DNA of 63,227 bases, counting the filler. It is 5 parts of 5 records of this genome, joined end to end, with 100 filler letters (N's around TTAATTAATTAA, not from the genome) between each part and the next. Parts side by side here need not be neighbours in the genome. Positions count along the whole stretch, not along the records: positions 57,113 to 63,227 come from SRR31156797_7280; 4 more parts are not named here. One strand, 5' to 3'. Numbering within the stretch: the first letter of the stretch is position 1; every line of letters begins with the position of its first letter. The notes beneath the pieces are model-generated. The model saw only the letters and a list, made by a program, of their open reading frames with translations, did not search any database and was not told where the DNA came from. Positions 61,376-63,227 of the stretch are shown here, piece by piece. Position numbers and translations under genes: made by a program.

Positions 61376-63227
61376 TCAAGAGAGGCCAATCTTCCAATTC
61401 CACAAACCGGGGCGTTTTTTCATCATGACCGATTGGGGTACCGGCTCTTCAAGGTAAACAAACATCCGAATTCCCGAACCCTCCAGCATTTCCCGTTTTT
61501 CCGTAATATCCAGCTTCCAGTTGGGATAGACCCAAAAATCCGGACCGTGTTGATCGACCCAGGCCTGTTCGCCCCTGGGGCTTTCAAAAGGAACCCGCAG
61601 CTTCATATTGTCTGCAAGGATTCGGGAAATACACAGGGGCCAATGGCCTGCGACCACGATACCCAGCGGCAAAGGACTCTGCCTACACAAAGTGATAATA
61701 TCCCCTTCTCCCAATTCCGGGCTTATAAATGCGCCAATCATTCCCATATCCTTTAACAACTGAAGGCAAAGGGTGTTCGAGGCATTGCAAAAAGGCCCTG
61801 CCCATAAATGCAAGCCCTCCGGGCGATTGAACAGCGCCACCTGCCAGGGGGCGTTGAGGACGAACCGGCGCACGCCAAGCTTCAAACATTGCCCCAACAA
61901 ACCGGTAATGCGGGTTTCATCCTCCGGCCAGATTACGGGAGGCAGCCAGATCCAAAGCTGGGCGGCGTTCTTTCCGATATTGGCGACCGCATTTTCAGAC
62001 AACCAGACGCCGACGGCCTCCCGACCCGACCTTCGAGAAGGAATCCGGGTCACACGCAGTTCTAAGGGACGAATGGTTTGTTGGCTCGGTTGGGGCAGCG
62101 TTACTTGAAAATCGGATTGCGGGATGGGTGCCACAGAACCGGCGGATTCCTCTATCTCAGACAGCATCGCTTCCAAAGCCTTCTCCCTGCGGTCCGTCAG
62201 AAATACAGGAGCACCGGGTCTCGGTGTTTTTTTTGTTCCCAGTTTCAATGGATAGCGCCCTTTTTTTGGGACGTTACGGGTCACCCGGCAAATGGCATGC
62301 CCCGGCTCGTCCTCGTAGCCAATGCGAAGCACATCTCCAGGAAAAATTGCTTGGCGGACAACCACCCATGGATTTTTCGGCGGGCCTTGAACCTTTCCTA
62401 TGAAAAGCCCCGACGCCGTCTGCCTTCCGATTTGAAGGGGTTTTTGAATTCGCTGGGGCAAAAAACGGTAATGGGTCGCCTCCCGGCCCAGACTCTGAGC
62501 CAGCAATTCCTGAGCGTTCCGCTTGGTTTTTCCATCGATCCCCTTATCCCGCAACAAGCGATAAGCCGAAACCGTGTAAAAGACATAGTGCGGACCCTTT
62601 TTACGCCCCTCGATCTTCCATGCCACCACCTTTTTCACCTGGCCCAAAATTTTGGCCAGCACATCCACAGAAAAGTCCTGACAGGAAAAAGATCTTCCCA
62701 CCTTTTCGCCCTGCCTGTAATGCCGCCGGCAAGGCTGCACGCAGCGCCCCCGCAGCCCGCTTTTCCCCCCCATATAGCTGCTCCAGTAGCACCGACCGGA
62801 AACGGAGTAGCAAAGCGCACCGTGAATAAAGGCCTCCAGTGCCAGATTTTTCGGACACCCTCGGGCCATGACCTTGATTTCATCAATGGACAACTCCCGG
62901 GGGACCACCACACAGTGGACGGGAAGTTTTTTATCGATAAATCCCAGTGCTTTTGGAAATGTAATATTTGCCAGGGTTGATAAATGAATCTCACCTGAGA
63001 AACCAACCTGTCGGGCCAGAGCGACCACACCCAGATCCTGGACGATCAACGCATCGGGGTGGACATATCTTTCCAGGCTGTCGATTTGCCGACCTGCAGC
63101 CTCCATCTCATCGGGTTTGAGAAGGACATTGACCGTGATATACACTTTCACACCGCGCCCATGCGCCAGTTTTACGAGTTGGGCCAGCTCCTCGAGTGAA
63201 AAATTTTTCGCTTCCATACGAGCGGAC
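61376..63227 (-). CDS. U32-family protein (RlhA/TrhP-like RNA hydroxylation), 5' truncated
   Basis: SARMEAKNF at window edge; HLSTLAN, EAFIHGALCYSVSGRCYWSS, RGRCVQPCRR, KIEGRKK. Confidence 0.9.
   Translation of the reverse strand, partial: SARMEAKNFSLEELAQLVKLAHGRGVKVYITVNVLLKPDEMEAAGRQIDSLERYVHPDALIVQDLGVVALARQVGFSGEIHLSTLANITFPKALGFIDKKLPVHCVVVPRELSIDEIKVMARGCPKNLALEAFIHGALCYSVSGRCYWSSYMGGKSGLRGRCVQPCRRHYRQGEKVGRSFSCQDFSVDVLAKILGQVKKVVAWKIEGRKKGPHYVFYTVSAYRLLRDKGIDGKTKRNAQELLAQSLGREATHYRFLPQRIQKPLQIGRQTASGLFIGKVQGPPKNPWVVVRQAIFPGDVLRIGYEDEPGHAICRVTRNVPKKGRYPLKLGTKKTPRPGAPVFLTDRREKALEAMLSEIEESAGSVAPIPQSDFQVTLPQPSQQTIRPLELRVTRIPSRRSGREAVGVWLSENAVANIGKNAAQLWIWLPPVIWPEDETRITGLLGQCLKLGVRRFVLNAPWQVALFNRPEGLHLWAGPFCNASNTLCLQLLKDMGMIGAFISPELGEGDIITLCRQSPLPLGIVVAGHWPLCISRILADNMKLRVPFESPRGEQAWVDQHGPDFWVYPNWKLDITEKREMLEGSGIRMFVYLEEPVPQSVMMKKRPGLWNWKIGLS

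Noticed and set aside
62078-62980. 300-aa plus-strand ORF, and similar antisense ORFs such as 54372-55049, 42206-42817 and 60057-60671
   Set aside because: Shadow frames opposite well-supported genes, with no motifs

Overview
The window is not one locus. It is five unrelated contigs joined by 100-bp artificial spacers (N44-TTAATTAATTAA-N44) at 13040, 23019, 33514 and 57013. Taxonomic labels below are inferred from gene content. Contig 1 (1-13039, AT-rich Bacteroidota): isoaspartyl dipeptidase plus a T9SS-tagged two-domain cyanophycinase, a DUF5686 protein, RNA-modification enzymes, and an accessory run (OMP, J-domain-like/LRR protein, S41 peptidase, voltage-gated channel with a TGEDWTD filter, RhuM-Fic). 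Contig 2 (13140-23018, Bacteroidota): lemA end, DUF3137 and a decayed paralog, five exported hypothetical proteins (two share an unnamed domain), DUF3078, EamA, thioredoxin, alpha-amylase. Contig 3 (23119-33513, FCB group, possibly not Bacteroidota): rdgB end, sprA, glutaminyl-cyclase-like M28, CBM9-like protein, class III cyclase, rmuC, ECF sigma start. Contig 4 (33614-57012, Desulfobulbales-like): a sigma54 module (kinase, output-less membrane PAS protein, enhancer-binding regulator, ftsH-pentaheme cytochrome-FeS-NrfD operon, His-less pseudokinase, small membrane proteins, recurring TGTNGCR sites), then a HisKA_2 pair, a deaminase/BMP-ABC operon and metY. Contig 5 (57113-63227, Desulfobacterota-like): cNMP protein, comEC, yjbQ, ModE-like HTH, U32 protein. 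Best leads: the secreted cyanophycin-scavenging pair, the channel with a Cav-like filter, and the sigma54/FtsH/redox/pseudokinase module. All family calls come from recognising motifs by eye; no searches were run.
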